DNA of 64,000 nucleotides, from the NCBI GenBank assembly GCA_046593875.1, contig JBKJQQ010000241.1:18455-82454 (forward strand), in the 5' to 3' direction. Of the stretch, positions 17,432-26,815 are shown in pieces. The first letter of the stretch is position 1, and every line of letters begins with the position of its first letter. The position numbers and the translations under genes were made by a program. The notes beneath the pieces are model-generated. The model did not search any database. It was not told the DNA's origin and saw only the letters and a program-made list of their open reading frames with translations. The DNA is from Mycobacteriales bacterium. Lineage in GTDB: Bacteria; Actinomycetota; Actinomycetes; Mycobacteriales; SCTD01.

Positions 17432-18781
17432 ATGACGACTCTCGCGCCTCCCGCCGCCGTCACCCCGGCGACCGTGCACGACGTCCTGCGGCAGAGCATG
17501 CTCGTGGACGGCTTCGACATGGTGCTCGACCTCGAGAAGAGCCGCGGCAGCCGGCTGCTCGACTCCCGGACCGGCACCTCGTACCTCGACCTGTTCACCT
17601 TCTTCGCGAGCAGCGCGCTGGGGATGAACCACCCGGCACTGGTCGAGGACGCGACGTTCCGCGACGACCTGCTGACCGCCGCGATGAACAAGCCGAGCAA
17701 CTCCGACGTCTACACCGAGGCGATGGCGCGCTTCGTCGCGACGTTCGCGCGGGTGCTCGGCGACCCCGGCCTCCCCCACCTGTTCTTCGTCGAGGGTGGT
17801 GCCCTCGCCGTCGAGAACGCGCTCAAGGTCGCGTTCGACTGGAAGTCGCGCTGGAACGAGAGCCACGGCCTCGACCCGGCCCTCGGCACGAAGGTGCTGC
17901 ACCTGCGCGACGCCTTCCACGGCCGCAGCGGCTACACGATGTCGCTCACCAACACCGACCCCGTGAAGGTCGCGCGCTTCCCGCAGTTCGCGTGGCCGCG
18001 GATCAGCAACCCGTACCTGTCCTCCCGCGGCGATGTCGAGGCGCGCGAGGCGTCCACCCTCGCCGAGGCCCGCGCGGCGTTCGCGCAGCACCCGCACGAC
18101 ATCGCGTGCTTCGTCATGGAGCCGATCCAGGGCGAGGGCGGCGACCACCACTTCCGGCCCGAGTTCCTGCAGGCGATGCAGGCCCTGTGCCACGAGCACG
18201 ACGCGCTCTTCGTGCTCGACGAGGTCCAGACCGGCTGCGGCCTGACCGGCACCGCCTGGGCCTTCCAGCAGATGGGCATCCAGCCGGACGTCGTCGCCTT
18301 CGGCAAGAAGACGCAGGTGTGCGGCGTCATGGCCGGCGGCCGCGTCGACGAGGTGCCGGACAACGTCTTCGCGACCTCCAGCCGCATCAACTCCACCTGG
18401 GGCGGTTCGCTCACCGACATGGTGCGCGCGCGTCGCATCCTCGAGGTCGTGGAGAGCGACCGGCTCGTCGACCGGGCCGCCGCCCTGGGCCCGGTCCTGC
18501 TCGGGCTCCTGAGCAACCTCGCGGAGCGGCACCCTGAGGTCACGGACGTACGAGGACGTGGCCTGCTGTGCGCCTTCTCGCTGCCGACCGGTGCCCTGCG
18601 CGACCAGGTGCTGAGCAGCCTGCGCGAGGATGAGCACGTGCTGCTGCTCGGCTGCGGATCGCGCAGCGTCCGCTTCCGCCCCGCCCTGACCGTCTCCCCC
18701 GAGGACCTCGCCGAGGGCGTCGCCGCTCTCGACCGAGTCCTTGGGGGGCTCAGCCTCACCCGTCTGAACGGAACCGCCTGA
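17432..18781 (+). CDS. lat: L-lysine 6-transaminase (lysine epsilon-aminotransferase)
   Basis: Near-collinear with what I recall of M. tuberculosis Lat: LVDGFDMVLDL, NKPSNSDVYT, FFVEGGALAVENALK, FHGRSGYT, EPIQGEGGD, DEVQTGCGLTGTAWA, FGKKTQVCGV. Confidence 0.9.
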   Translation: MTTLAPPAAVTPATVHDVLRQSMLVDGFDMVLDLEKSRGSRLLDSRTGTSYLDLFTFFASSALGMNHPALVEDATFRDDLLTAAMNKPSNSDVYTEAMARFVATFARVLGDPGLPHLFFVEGGALAVENALKVAFDWKSRWNESHGLDPALGTKVLHLRDAFHGRSGYTMSLTNTDPVKVARFPQFAWPRISNPYLSSRGDVEAREASTLAEARAAFAQHPHDIACFVMEPIQGEGGDHHFRPEFLQAMQALCHEHDALFVLDEVQTGCGLTGTAWAFQQMGIQPDVVAFGKKTQVCGVMAGGRVDEVPDNVFATSSRINSTWGGSLTDMVRARRILEVVESDRLVDRAAALGPVLLGLLSNLAERHPEVTDVRGRGLLCAFSLPTGALRDQVLSSLREDEHVLLLGCGSRSVRFRPALTVSPEDLAEGVAALDRVLGGLSLTRLNGTA

Positions 18782-20325
18782 TGCGCATCGACTCCCACGT
18801 CAACGGCTCGACCCTGCAGGGCAGAGCCGGCACCGTCACCTCGACCAACCCGGCGCAGCTGACCGACGTGATCGGCGAGGTCTCGCTGGCCAGCAGCGAC
18901 CAGCTGCTCGAGGCGTTCCGGGCCGCCAGGGCCGCGCAGCCTGGCTGGGCCGCCACACCGGCCCCCGTGCGTGGCCAGGTCATCGCGCGCATCGGCCGGC
19001 TCGTCGAGGCCAACGCCGAGGAGCTCGCGCAGCTGGTCACGCGCGAGGTCGGCAAGCCGATCGCGGAGGCCCGCGGCGAGGTGCAGGAGATCGTCGACAC
19101 CTGTGACTTCTTCCTGGGCGAGGGACGCCGGCTCTACGGCCAGACCGTGCCGAGCGAGATGCGCGACAAGCAGCTGTTCACCTTCCGGGTGCCGATCGGC
19201 GTGGCCGGCATCATCACGGCCGGCAACTTCCCCGTGGCGGTCCCGAGCTGGTACCTCGTGCCGGCGCTGCTCTGCGGCAATGCCGTCGTGTGGAAGCCGG
19301 CGGAGTACGCCGCCGCCCTCGGCGACGCCCTGCAGCGCATCTTCGTGGCCGGCGGCCTGCCCGCGGGCGTGCTGAACACCGTGCACGCCGACGGCCCCTC
19401 GACCTACGAGGGGCTCGAGAAGGCCTTGCAGGAAGGCCTGGTCAACAAGATCGGCTTCACCGGCTCCTCAGAGGTGGGGGTGCGGATCGGCGAGCTGGCC
19501 GGCCGCCATCTGCAGAACGCCTGCCTCGAGCTCGGCGGCAAGAACCCTCTCGTGGTCATGCCCGACGCCGACCTCGACCTGGCTGCGGAGGGCGCGCTGT
19601 TCTCCGGCTTCGGGACCGCCGGCCAGCGCTGCACGTCGCTCGGCGTCGCGATCGTGCACGACGACGTCTACGACGCGTTCCTCTCGACGTTCCTCGCCCG
19701 CGTCGAGACGGCCGTCATCGGTGATCCCACTGACCCTTCTGTCCTCTACGGGCCGATGCTCGGTGAGCGCTTCCTCGACGGGTTCACGAAGTGGCTCGGC
19801 GAGGTGCAGCCGCACCACCAGGTGCACGGCTCCACCGGCACCGGCCGCATCACCCGGGACAACCCTCGTGAGGGCTTCGTCGGTGACCCCGACGCGGGCG
19901 TGTTCGCGCACCCGGCCGTCGTGACCGGCGTGCGCTCCGACGACGCGCTCTACCTGAATGAGACCTTCGGACCGCTCGTGTCGGTCATGCGCTTCTCGAC
20001 GTTCGACGAGGCCGTCGAGCTGGCGAACGGGCACGGCTACGGCCTGTCGAGTGCCATCTACACGCGTGACGCGCAGACGGCGTTCCGCTTCCGCGAGCGA
20101 GTCAGCGCCGGGATGCTGAGCGTCAACAACTCGACCTCCGGGGCCGAGGCGCACCTGCCCTTCGGCGGGAACGGCAAGAGCGGCAACGGCTCCCGGCAGT
20201 CCGGCATCTGGGTGCTCGACCAGTTCACCCGCTGGCAGTCGATGAACTGGGACTACGCCGGCAAGCTGCAGAAGGCGCAGATGGACGTCGAGACCCCGGC
20301 CGGGGATGTCGATTTCCGACTCTGA
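18781..20325 (+). CDS. pcd: aldehyde dehydrogenase, probable piperideine-6-carboxylate / alpha-aminoadipic semialdehyde dehydrogenase
   Basis: ALDH motifs FTGSSEVG, LELGGKNP and GQRCTS. It abuts lat (the stop and start share a base), as in known lat-pcd pairs. Confidence 0.8.
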   Translation: MRIDSHVNGSTLQGRAGTVTSTNPAQLTDVIGEVSLASSDQLLEAFRAARAAQPGWAATPAPVRGQVIARIGRLVEANAEELAQLVTREVGKPIAEARGEVQEIVDTCDFFLGEGRRLYGQTVPSEMRDKQLFTFRVPIGVAGIITAGNFPVAVPSWYLVPALLCGNAVVWKPAEYAAALGDALQRIFVAGGLPAGVLNTVHADGPSTYEGLEKALQEGLVNKIGFTGSSEVGVRIGELAGRHLQNACLELGGKNPLVVMPDADLDLAAEGALFSGFGTAGQRCTSLGVAIVHDDVYDAFLSTFLARVETAVIGDPTDPSVLYGPMLGERFLDGFTKWLGEVQPHHQVHGSTGTGRITRDNPREGFVGDPDAGVFAHPAVVTGVRSDDALYLNETFGPLVSVMRFSTFDEAVELANGHGYGLSSAIYTRDAQTAFRFRERVSAGMLSVNNSTSGAEAHLPFGGNGKSGNGSRQSGIWVLDQFTRWQSMNWDYAGKLQKAQMDVETPAGDVDFRL

Positions 20326-20866
20326 GACGCCGCACGTCGTCGCGGTCAGCTGCAGCCCAAGGCACCGGTTCAGCAAGCGGACCGTCGACGCTGTGACCCT
20401 CGTGGAGGGCCACGGCGTTGACGGCGATGCCCACGCCGGCGCGACCATCCAGCACCGCTCGCGCAAGCGCTGGCGCCCGCAGGACCCGAACCCCCGTCAG
20501 GTGCACCTGCTGCAGGCCGAGCTGTTGGACCTGCTGCGCAGCAAGGGGTTCGACGTCTCTCCCGGTGACATCGGCGAGAACGTCCTGACCCGCAACATCG
20601 ACCTGCTCGCGCTCCCCCGGGGCGCACGGGTGCGCCTCGGTGCCGACGCCGTCGTCGAGGTGACCGGCCTGCGCAACCCGTGCGTGCAGCTGGACCGCTT
20701 CCAGGACGGGCTGAGGGAGGCGGTGCTGCGCCGCAGCGAGGACGGCGAGCTCGAGCGGCTCGCCGGGGTCATGGGCGTCGTGCTGGCAGGGGGCCAGGTG
20801 CGCCCGGGAGACGCGGTGCAGGTGGAGCCGCCCGCGGGCGAGCTGCAGCCGTTGCGGCCGGTCTAG
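20306..20866 (+). CDS. MOSC domain protein
   Basis: VEGHGVDGDAHAG, GDIGENVLT and TGLRNPCVQLDRFQ. It overlaps the pcd 3' end by 20 nt. Confidence 0.8.
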   Translation: MSISDSETPHVVAVSCSPRHRFSKRTVDAVTLVEGHGVDGDAHAGATIQHRSRKRWRPQDPNPRQVHLLQAELLDLLRSKGFDVSPGDIGENVLTRNIDLLALPRGARVRLGADAVVEVTGLRNPCVQLDRFQDGLREAVLRRSEDGELERLAGVMGVVLAGGQVRPGDAVQVEPPAGELQPLRPV

Positions 20867-21000
20867 CGCGTCTCGCGGTCCCGTACGCCCGACTGGTCGG
20901 CGGGGTAGGGCTTGTGCCGACGGCTCAGCACGATCAGACCGAGGACGAGGAGCACGGCGACGGCGGCGAGGACGAGCAGGACGATCTCGCTGATGGTCAT
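20863..21000 (-). CDS. small (45 aa) single-pass membrane protein
   Basis: ATG 21000 is preceded by GGAGGAC. Sequence: MTISEIVLLVLAAVAVLLVLGLIVLSRRHK. Confidence 0.4.
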   Translation of the reverse strand: MTISEIVLLVLAAVAVLLVLGLIVLSRRHKPYPADQSGVRDRETR

Positions 21001-21106
21001 GGGGTCCTCCGAGGGGGTGGGGGTGCCGCCGGTCTGCCCTGCCCGGTCCGGTGCAACCGGGCCGTCACCCGGCGTAGGCAGGCGGCGGGGCGGGTACGGG
21101 CGGCGC

Positions 21107-21424
21107 ATGACGCCGGACGCCACGACGCAGCAGGCCGTCGACGAGCTGCCGGCCGAGGTCGTCCTGCAGACCGTGCCGGTCCTCGTGCGGCTGCGCAGCG
21201 ACGCCCCTGACGAGCGGGCTGCCGTCGCGGACGTGATCGCGCGTCTGGAGCCGGTGCGGGGCCTCTACGACGAGGTGCTCGTGGAGCGGCAGGAGGGCGA
21301 CGGCAGCTTCTTCGTGCTCGGCCGGTTCGTGACCGTGAGCGTCGACGTGCACACGGCGGTCGTGGGAGTGGTCGAGACGCTCACCGGCGCCGGTGTGCAG
21401 GTCGACGAGGCGTGGGCTACCTGA
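21107..21424 (+). CDS. hypothetical protein (105 aa)
   Basis: In-frame ATG 21107 of ORF 20912..21424. The codon bias looks coding. I recognise no family. Confidence 0.4.
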   Translation: MTPDATTQQAVDELPAEVVLQTVPVLVRLRSDAPDERAAVADVIARLEPVRGLYDEVLVERQEGDGSFFVLGRFVTVSVDVHTAVVGVVETLTGAGVQVDEAWAT

Positions 21425-21809
21425 CCGCGAGCTGACGGACCGTCGCCTCGAGATCGCCACGGGACACGACCCCTTGCGAGCGCCCGACCTCGCTGCCGTC
21501 GGGGCCGAACACGACCAGCGTCGGGATGCTCCTGATCTGCAGCAGCTCCGCGGTCCGGGGGTTGGCGTCGACGTCGCAGCTGCCGAAGCGCACCGGCCCG
21601 GCGTGCGCACGGGCGACGGACTCGTACACCGGGGCGAAGCTGCGGCAGGGCGCGCACCAGGCCGCCCAGAAGTCGACGATCGTCCAGCCGCCCTCGGTCA
21701 CGTCGAGGAAGGTGGCGTCCTCGACCAGCAGCACGGGACTGGGGCCGTCATGGACGGGCTCGGGATCGGGCGCAAGCGCGGGGTCGGGTTCGGGGCGTCG
21801 GCGGAACAC
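21417..21809 (-). CDS. thioredoxin
   Basis: VDFWAAWCAPCR active site and IRSIPTLVVF. GTG 21809 is preceded by GGGAGGA. The upstream part of the track ORF is Arg-rich and was rejected. Confidence 0.85.
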   Translation of the reverse strand: MFRRRPEPDPALAPDPEPVHDGPSPVLLVEDATFLDVTEGGWTIVDFWAAWCAPCRSFAPVYESVARAHAGPVRFGSCDVDANPRTAELLQIRSIPTLVVFGPDGSEVGRSQGVVSRGDLEATVRQLAVR

Positions 21810-21907
21810 GGGTCCATCCTCCCGCACCGCGGGACGGCGCGGCGGGCACCGCACGACCTGATCCGGGAGCGCGCTACCGGCGACCCCGCAGAGCGGTGTG
21901 CGGCCCT

Positions 21908-23482
21908 CTAGGCCTGCGCGCGGTACCAGTTCGGCGAGGTGTTCGGCGGCGGGTCGTACTGCGCCTTGACGACCAGCAGGTTCGGGCCGCCACTGGCGAT
22001 GCCGTCGGCGACGGCCGCTGCCAGGTCCTCGACCGTGACCTCGCGGGCCGGCACCCGGAAGGCGTGCGCCAACGCGACGAAGTCCGGTGGCTCGAGCTCG
22101 GTGCCCACCGGCTGCTCGCCGTCCTTGGTGAAGTCGTAGCGCAGCATCCCGTAGCCGCCGTCGTCGACGAGCACGACGGTCACGGGCAGCTGCTCCTGCG
22201 CCGCGGTGGCCAAGTCGCCGCACGCGAACAGGAACCCGCCGTCACCGACGACCGCGACGGTCGGACGTCCGGACAGCGCGGTCCCGAGGGCGGCCGGGAA
22301 GCCGAAGCCGAGGGTCCCCCACCCGACCGGGTACGCCAGGCCGCGCGGCTGACGCACCTTGCCGAAGCCGCCGTACCAGTAGCCGGCCACGCACATGTCG
22401 GCCACCAGCACCGCGTCGTCGGGCAGCGCTGCCTCGAGCGCGTCGAGGAACGGCATCGCGGGCCGCTCCCCCACCGGGGCCCACCAGTGCTCGCGCATCG
22501 GGTCCTCGCGTAGCTCGAAAAGCAAGCGCAGCAGAGCTTCTCGCGCATCGGCCCGCACCAGGACATCGGCCGGGTAGTTCACCGGCTCCACCAGGTCCAG
22601 CGCGACCAGCGTCGGTGGCTGGGGCTGCCGGAAGCCCTGCGTGTTCATCGCGTCCAGGTCGCTGCCGACGACGAGCACGACGTCGGCGGCGTCCCACAGG
22701 GCTCCCGCTTCGGGGCTGTGCGGCGGCAGCGGCACGCCGCACGGGTGCCCCGCCGGCACCAGCCCGCGGCCGCCGTACGACGAGAGCACCGGAGCGCCCA
22801 GCCGCACGGCGAGCTTGGTCAGCTCGCGGCCCGCGTCGGCGGCCGTCGCACCGCCGCCGGCCCACACCAAGGGTCGTGCTGCGGCGCGCAGTGCGGCGAT
22901 GGCGTCGTCGACGCGGAGCAGTCGCTGATCCGGTCCGCGCGGCACCGGCACCTCGACGGGGTCGGGGACCTGTGCGGAGAGCAGGTCGGTCGGGATCTCG
23001 AGGTAGACCGGGCGGCGCGGGGCGCGCATCGCCAGCCGCCCGGCCGTGACCACCTGCTCGTAGAGGTCCTGCTCCCGCTCGACCCGGACGACGGCCTTGG
23101 TGACGGGGCGGAAGAACGAGGCCTGGTCGGTGGTCTCGTGCAGCACGCCGCGGTAGGCACCCGGTCGTCGCACGGACGTCGGGATGTCGGTCGCGATGAC
23201 CAGCAGCGGCGTGTGGCAGGCCCAGGCCTCACCGGTGGCTGCCACGACGTTCGCCGCCCCCGGGCCGGTCGTGGTCAGCGCCACGCCGAGGCGGCCGGTG
23301 GCCCGGGCGTAACCGTCGGCCGCGTAGCCGGCGGTCTGCTCGTGCCGAACGCCCACAAGTCGTACGCCTGAGTCCGGAAAGCCCTTCCAGGCAGCCAGGT
23401 TGTGCACGCCGGGCAGCCCGAAGGCCACCTCCACCTCGAGGTCGCGCAGCGCTGCGACCAGCACCTCACCGCCTGTCGGCAC
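21908..23482 (-). CDS. thiamine-diphosphate-dependent enzyme (acetolactate synthase large-subunit-like / 2-oxoacid or acyl-CoA decarboxylase-lyase family)
   Basis: GGEVLVAALRDLEVEVAFGLPG, HEQTAGYAADGYAR and VVGDGGF ... VVLVDDGGYG (TPP motif). GTG 23482 is preceded by GGAGGAGG. Confidence 0.8.
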   Translation of the reverse strand: MPTGGEVLVAALRDLEVEVAFGLPGVHNLAAWKGFPDSGVRLVGVRHEQTAGYAADGYARATGRLGVALTTTGPGAANVVAATGEAWACHTPLLVIATDIPTSVRRPGAYRGVLHETTDQASFFRPVTKAVVRVEREQDLYEQVVTAGRLAMRAPRRPVYLEIPTDLLSAQVPDPVEVPVPRGPDQRLLRVDDAIAALRAAARPLVWAGGGATAADAGRELTKLAVRLGAPVLSSYGGRGLVPAGHPCGVPLPPHSPEAGALWDAADVVLVVGSDLDAMNTQGFRQPQPPTLVALDLVEPVNYPADVLVRADAREALLRLLFELREDPMREHWWAPVGERPAMPFLDALEAALPDDAVLVADMCVAGYWYGGFGKVRQPRGLAYPVGWGTLGFGFPAALGTALSGRPTVAVVGDGGFLFACGDLATAAQEQLPVTVVLVDDGGYGMLRYDFTKDGEQPVGTELEPPDFVALAHAFRVPAREVTVEDLAAAVADGIASGGPNLLVVKAQYDPPPNTSPNWYRAQA

Positions 23483-24677
23483 CGACGACCTCCTCCACCT
23501 GCTCCTGCGAGAGGCCGAGGGCGGAGAGCACCTCGACCGTGTGCTGACCCAGCAGCGGCGGCGCACGGCGCACCCGCGGACGCTCGCCGTCGAGACGGTA
23601 CGGCGAGCCGACCACCCGCACCGGTCCGGCCGGGTGGTCCACCTCCTGCACCAAGCCGTTCGCGACGAGCTGCGGATCGTCGGGCAGCGACGCGAGGTCC
23701 TGCACGACCGCGCACGGCACCCCCACCGCGTCGAGGACCTGCACCCACTCGGCGGCCGTCCGTCGCGAGAAGACCTCCCGCATGGCGTCTTTCAGAGCTG
23801 CACGGTCAGCGACCCGGCCGGCGTTGGTCGTCCAGGTCGCGACGGGGTCCAGTCCGACAGCGGCGGCGAGCGCGGCGAACTGCGCGTCGTTGCCCGCCCC
23901 CACGACCAGCGGCCGGTCCGCGCACGGCACCGGTCCGTACGGCGCGATGTTCGGGTGGTCGTTGCCGCCGAACGACGGGACCCGCCCGCCGACGAGGGCG
24001 TTCGAGGCCTGGTTGACGAGCATCGACACCGCCGCCTCGAGCAGCCCGACCTCCACCCGAAGCGGCCGGCGGGCGACCAGCCCGGCCAGCGCTCCGACGG
24101 CGGCGTAGAGGCCGGTGACGACGTCGGCCACCGCGACGCCCACCTTGGTCGGCTCGTGCGTCCCGGTGACCGACATCAGACCGCTGCGCGCCTGGGCCAT
24201 CACGTCGTAGCCCGGCTGCTCCCCCGCCGGCCCGTCACCGCCGGCGCCACGGACGGACACCCAGACCGCCGTCGCCTCGTCGCGCAACGCCTCGAGCCCG
24301 AGCGCGGCCAGGTGCCGTGGGAGGAAGTTCTCGACGACGACGTCGGCCTCCTGCACCAGGCGTCGTACGACGGCGCGACCCTGCTCCCGGGTGAGGTCGA
24401 GGGCGACCGAGCGGCGGTCGCGGTTGACGGAGAAGAAGTACGCCGCGTCGTCACCGTGGAAGGGCGGACCCCAGTGGCGGGTGTCGTCGCCGAGCAGCGG
24501 GCGCTCGACCTTCACGACGTCGGCGCCGAGGTCGGCCAGGACCATGCAGCAGTACGGTCCGGCGAGCACGCGCGAGAGGTCCAGCACCCGGACGTGCCCG
24601 AGCGGACCCTGCGCCGGAAGCCCCTGCGGCCAACCGGGACCCGTGTCCAGGGCGCGCTCCAGCTCGGCGGTGCTCAT
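23466..24677 (-). CDS. class III (CaiB/BaiF family) CoA-transferase
   Basis: LGHVRVLDLSRVLAGPYCCMVLADLGADVVKVE and GYDVMAQARSGLMSVTG. The 3' end overlaps the TPP-enzyme start by 17 nt. Confidence 0.85.
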   Translation of the reverse strand: MSTAELERALDTGPGWPQGLPAQGPLGHVRVLDLSRVLAGPYCCMVLADLGADVVKVERPLLGDDTRHWGPPFHGDDAAYFFSVNRDRRSVALDLTREQGRAVVRRLVQEADVVVENFLPRHLAALGLEALRDEATAVWVSVRGAGGDGPAGEQPGYDVMAQARSGLMSVTGTHEPTKVGVAVADVVTGLYAAVGALAGLVARRPLRVEVGLLEAAVSMLVNQASNALVGGRVPSFGGNDHPNIAPYGPVPCADRPLVVGAGNDAQFAALAAAVGLDPVATWTTNAGRVADRAALKDAMREVFSRRTAAEWVQVLDAVGVPCAVVQDLASLPDDPQLVANGLVQEVDHPAGPVRVVGSPYRLDGERPRVRRAPPLLGQHTVEVLSALGLSQEQVEEVVGADRR

Positions 24678-24765
24678 CGGTGTCAGCCTTCCACGAGGAT
24701 CGGCGCCGTCCGGGCTGCAACACGCTCCGCTCGCCCGAGGACGGCACCGTCGCTAGCCTCACCCG

Positions 24766-25158
24766 GTGGCTCACGACCCCGGCGCGCTGTCCGACGACGT
24801 CTCCGCGTTCCTCGTCGAACGGCACCTGGCGACGCTCACCACGCTGCGCCCGGACGGGACGCCGCACGTGGTGGCTGTCGGGTTCACCTGGGACGCCGAG
24901 GCCGGACTGGTGCGGGTCATCACCAACGGCACCTCGCGCAAGGTCGCGCACGTCCGGGCCGGCTCGCCGCGCGCGGTCGTGGCGCAGGTCGACGGTCGCC
25001 GATGGCTGTCGCTGGAGGGCCTGCCGACCGTGAGCGACGACCCGGAGCGTGTCGCCGAGGCCGTGCGGCGTTACGCGCAGCGCTACCGCCAGCCGGCCGA
25101 GAACCCCCGCCGCGTCGTCATCGAGGTCGCCGTCGACCGGGTGCTCGGGAACGGCTAG
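24766..25158 (+). CDS. PPOX-class (F420/FMN-dependent) pyridoxamine 5'-phosphate oxidase family protein
   Basis: [26 protein letters not shown] ... RKVAHVR is typical of the small actinobacterial PPOX/F420 class. Confidence 0.7.
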   Translation: MAHDPGALSDDVSAFLVERHLATLTTLRPDGTPHVVAVGFTWDAEAGLVRVITNGTSRKVAHVRAGSPRAVVAQVDGRRWLSLEGLPTVSDDPERVAEAVRRYAQRYRQPAENPRRVVIEVAVDRVLGNG

Positions 25159-25619
25159 ACCGCAGGTGGCGGGGTGCGCCCTTCCCAGGGCGTGCTGAGC
25201 ACGACCGTGGTGCGTGTCGACACCGCAGCCGCGGCGCGGATCTCCTGCAGCAGCTGCTCGAGCTCGGCCGGTCCGGCGACGCGCACCTTGAGGATGTAGC
25301 TCTCGGTCCCGGCCACGCTGTGGCACGCCTCGACCGCCTCGAGGTGGCGCAGACGCTCGGGGGCGTCGTCGGGGGCGGCCGGGTCGATCGGCTGGATCGA
25401 GACGAACGCCGACAGCGGGAGACCGGCGCTCACCGGGTCGATGACCGCGCGGTAGCCGGCGACGGCGCCGCGCTGCTCGAGCCGGCGGACCCGCTGGTGC
25501 ACCGCGCTGGTCGACAGGCCGGTGTCGCGGGCGAGGTCGGCGTAGCTGCGTCGCCCGTCCTCGGCGAGCAGGCGCAAGAGCGAGCGGTCGAGGTCGTCGA
25601 GCGGGAGGGCGGCGTTCAC
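25155..25619 (-). CDS. Lrp/AsnC family transcriptional regulator
   Basis: [47 protein letters not shown] (HTH) plus a RAM-like C terminus. The GTG overlaps the upstream stop (GTGA). Confidence 0.85.
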   Translation of the reverse strand: MNAALPLDDLDRSLLRLLAEDGRRSYADLARDTGLSTSAVHQRVRRLEQRGAVAGYRAVIDPVSAGLPLSAFVSIQPIDPAAPDDAPERLRHLEAVEACHSVAGTESYILKVRVAGPAELEQLLQEIRAAAAVSTRTTVVLSTPWEGRTPPPAV

Positions 25620-26761
25620 GAGGTGAGCGACCGGCCGATGACCAGTCGCTGGATCTGGTTCGTCCCCTCGAAGATCTGCATGATCTTGGCCTCGCGCAGG
25701 TAGCGCTCGGCCGGGAAGTCCTCGACGTAGCCGTAGCCACCCAGCACCTGCACGCAGTCCGTCGCGACTCGCATGGCCGCGTCGGTCGCGAAGAGCTTGG
25801 CCATCGAGGCCTGCGGACCGTACGCCCGGCCCGCGTCGCGCAGCCGCGCCGCCGACAGGTACAGCGCGCGGGCCGCCTCGACCTGCGTCGCCATGTCGGC
25901 CAGCATGAACGACAGCCCCTGGAAGTCGGCGATGCGCTGGCCGAACTGCTTGCGCTCCTTGGCGTAGTCGACGGCGAGGTCGAGCGAGGCCTGAGCGTGG
26001 CCCACTGCGCACGCCGCGATTCCGAGGCGGCCGCCGTCGAGCGCGCTGAGCGCTATCCGGAAGCCGACGCCCTCCTCGCCGAGCAGCCGATCGGCCGGGA
26101 CGCGCGCCGACTCCAGCGTCATGCTTGCCGTCGGGCTGGACCGCAGCCCCATCTTCTTCTCCGGCGGCTGCGCCTGCATGCCCGGCGTCGCCGCGTCGGC
26201 GAGCAGGCATGAGATCCCTTTGGGGCCAGGCTCTCCGGTGCGCACCATGAGGTTGTAGAAGTCGGCGTGGCCGCCGTGCGTGACCCACGCCTTGGTGCCG
26301 TCGACCACGTAGTCGTCGCCGTCGCGAGCCGCCTTCGTCACGAGCGCAGCGGCGTCCGAGCCGCTCCCGGCCTCGGACAGGCAGTAGGCCCCGAGGAGCT
26401 CCCCGCCAAGCATCTCCGGCAGGAAGCGCGCCTTCTGCTCGTCGGTCCCGAACTCCGCCACCGGGTAGCAGGCCAGCGTGTGGACGCTGACGCCGACGCC
26501 GACCGCGAGCCAGCCGCGGCTGAGCTCCTCGAGCACCTGCAGGTAGACCTCGTACGGCTGGCCGCCGCCTCCGAGCTCCTCGTCGTAGGCAAGGCCCAGC
26601 AGACCGGCCTTGCCCAGGGTGCGGAAGAGCTCACGCGGGAACTCCGCGCGGCTCTCCATCTCGGCGGCGCGCGGCGCGACCTCACCCTCGACCAGGTCAC
26701 GGGTGAGCTCGAGCAGGGCCTCGGCCTCGGCGGACGGCAGGGAGCGGACGACGGTCGGCAT
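25616..26761 (-). CDS. acyl-CoA dehydrogenase
   Basis: CLSEAGSGSDAA, KAWVTHGG, QVLGGYGYVEDFPAERYLREAKIMQIFEGTNQIQ. Confidence 0.9.
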   Translation of the reverse strand: MPTVVRSLPSAEAEALLELTRDLVEGEVAPRAAEMESRAEFPRELFRTLGKAGLLGLAYDEELGGGGQPYEVYLQVLEELSRGWLAVGVGVSVHTLACYPVAEFGTDEQKARFLPEMLGGELLGAYCLSEAGSGSDAAALVTKAARDGDDYVVDGTKAWVTHGGHADFYNLMVRTGEPGPKGISCLLADAATPGMQAQPPEKKMGLRSSPTASMTLESARVPADRLLGEEGVGFRIALSALDGGRLGIAACAVGHAQASLDLAVDYAKERKQFGQRIADFQGLSFMLADMATQVEAARALYLSAARLRDAGRAYGPQASMAKLFATDAAMRVATDCVQVLGGYGYVEDFPAERYLREAKIMQIFEGTNQIQRLVIGRSLTS

Positions 26762-26815
26762 GGTCGGAGGCTATCCGCGCCGGATCGATGCGGCAGGCCG
26801 TGGCAGGCTCGCCGC

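Noticed and set aside
23400-25703. 767-aa plus-strand ORF
   Set aside because: It is antisense to the CoA-transferase and Lrp genes and out of frame over the PPOX gene on its own strand. Its composition is Arg-rich and low complexity.
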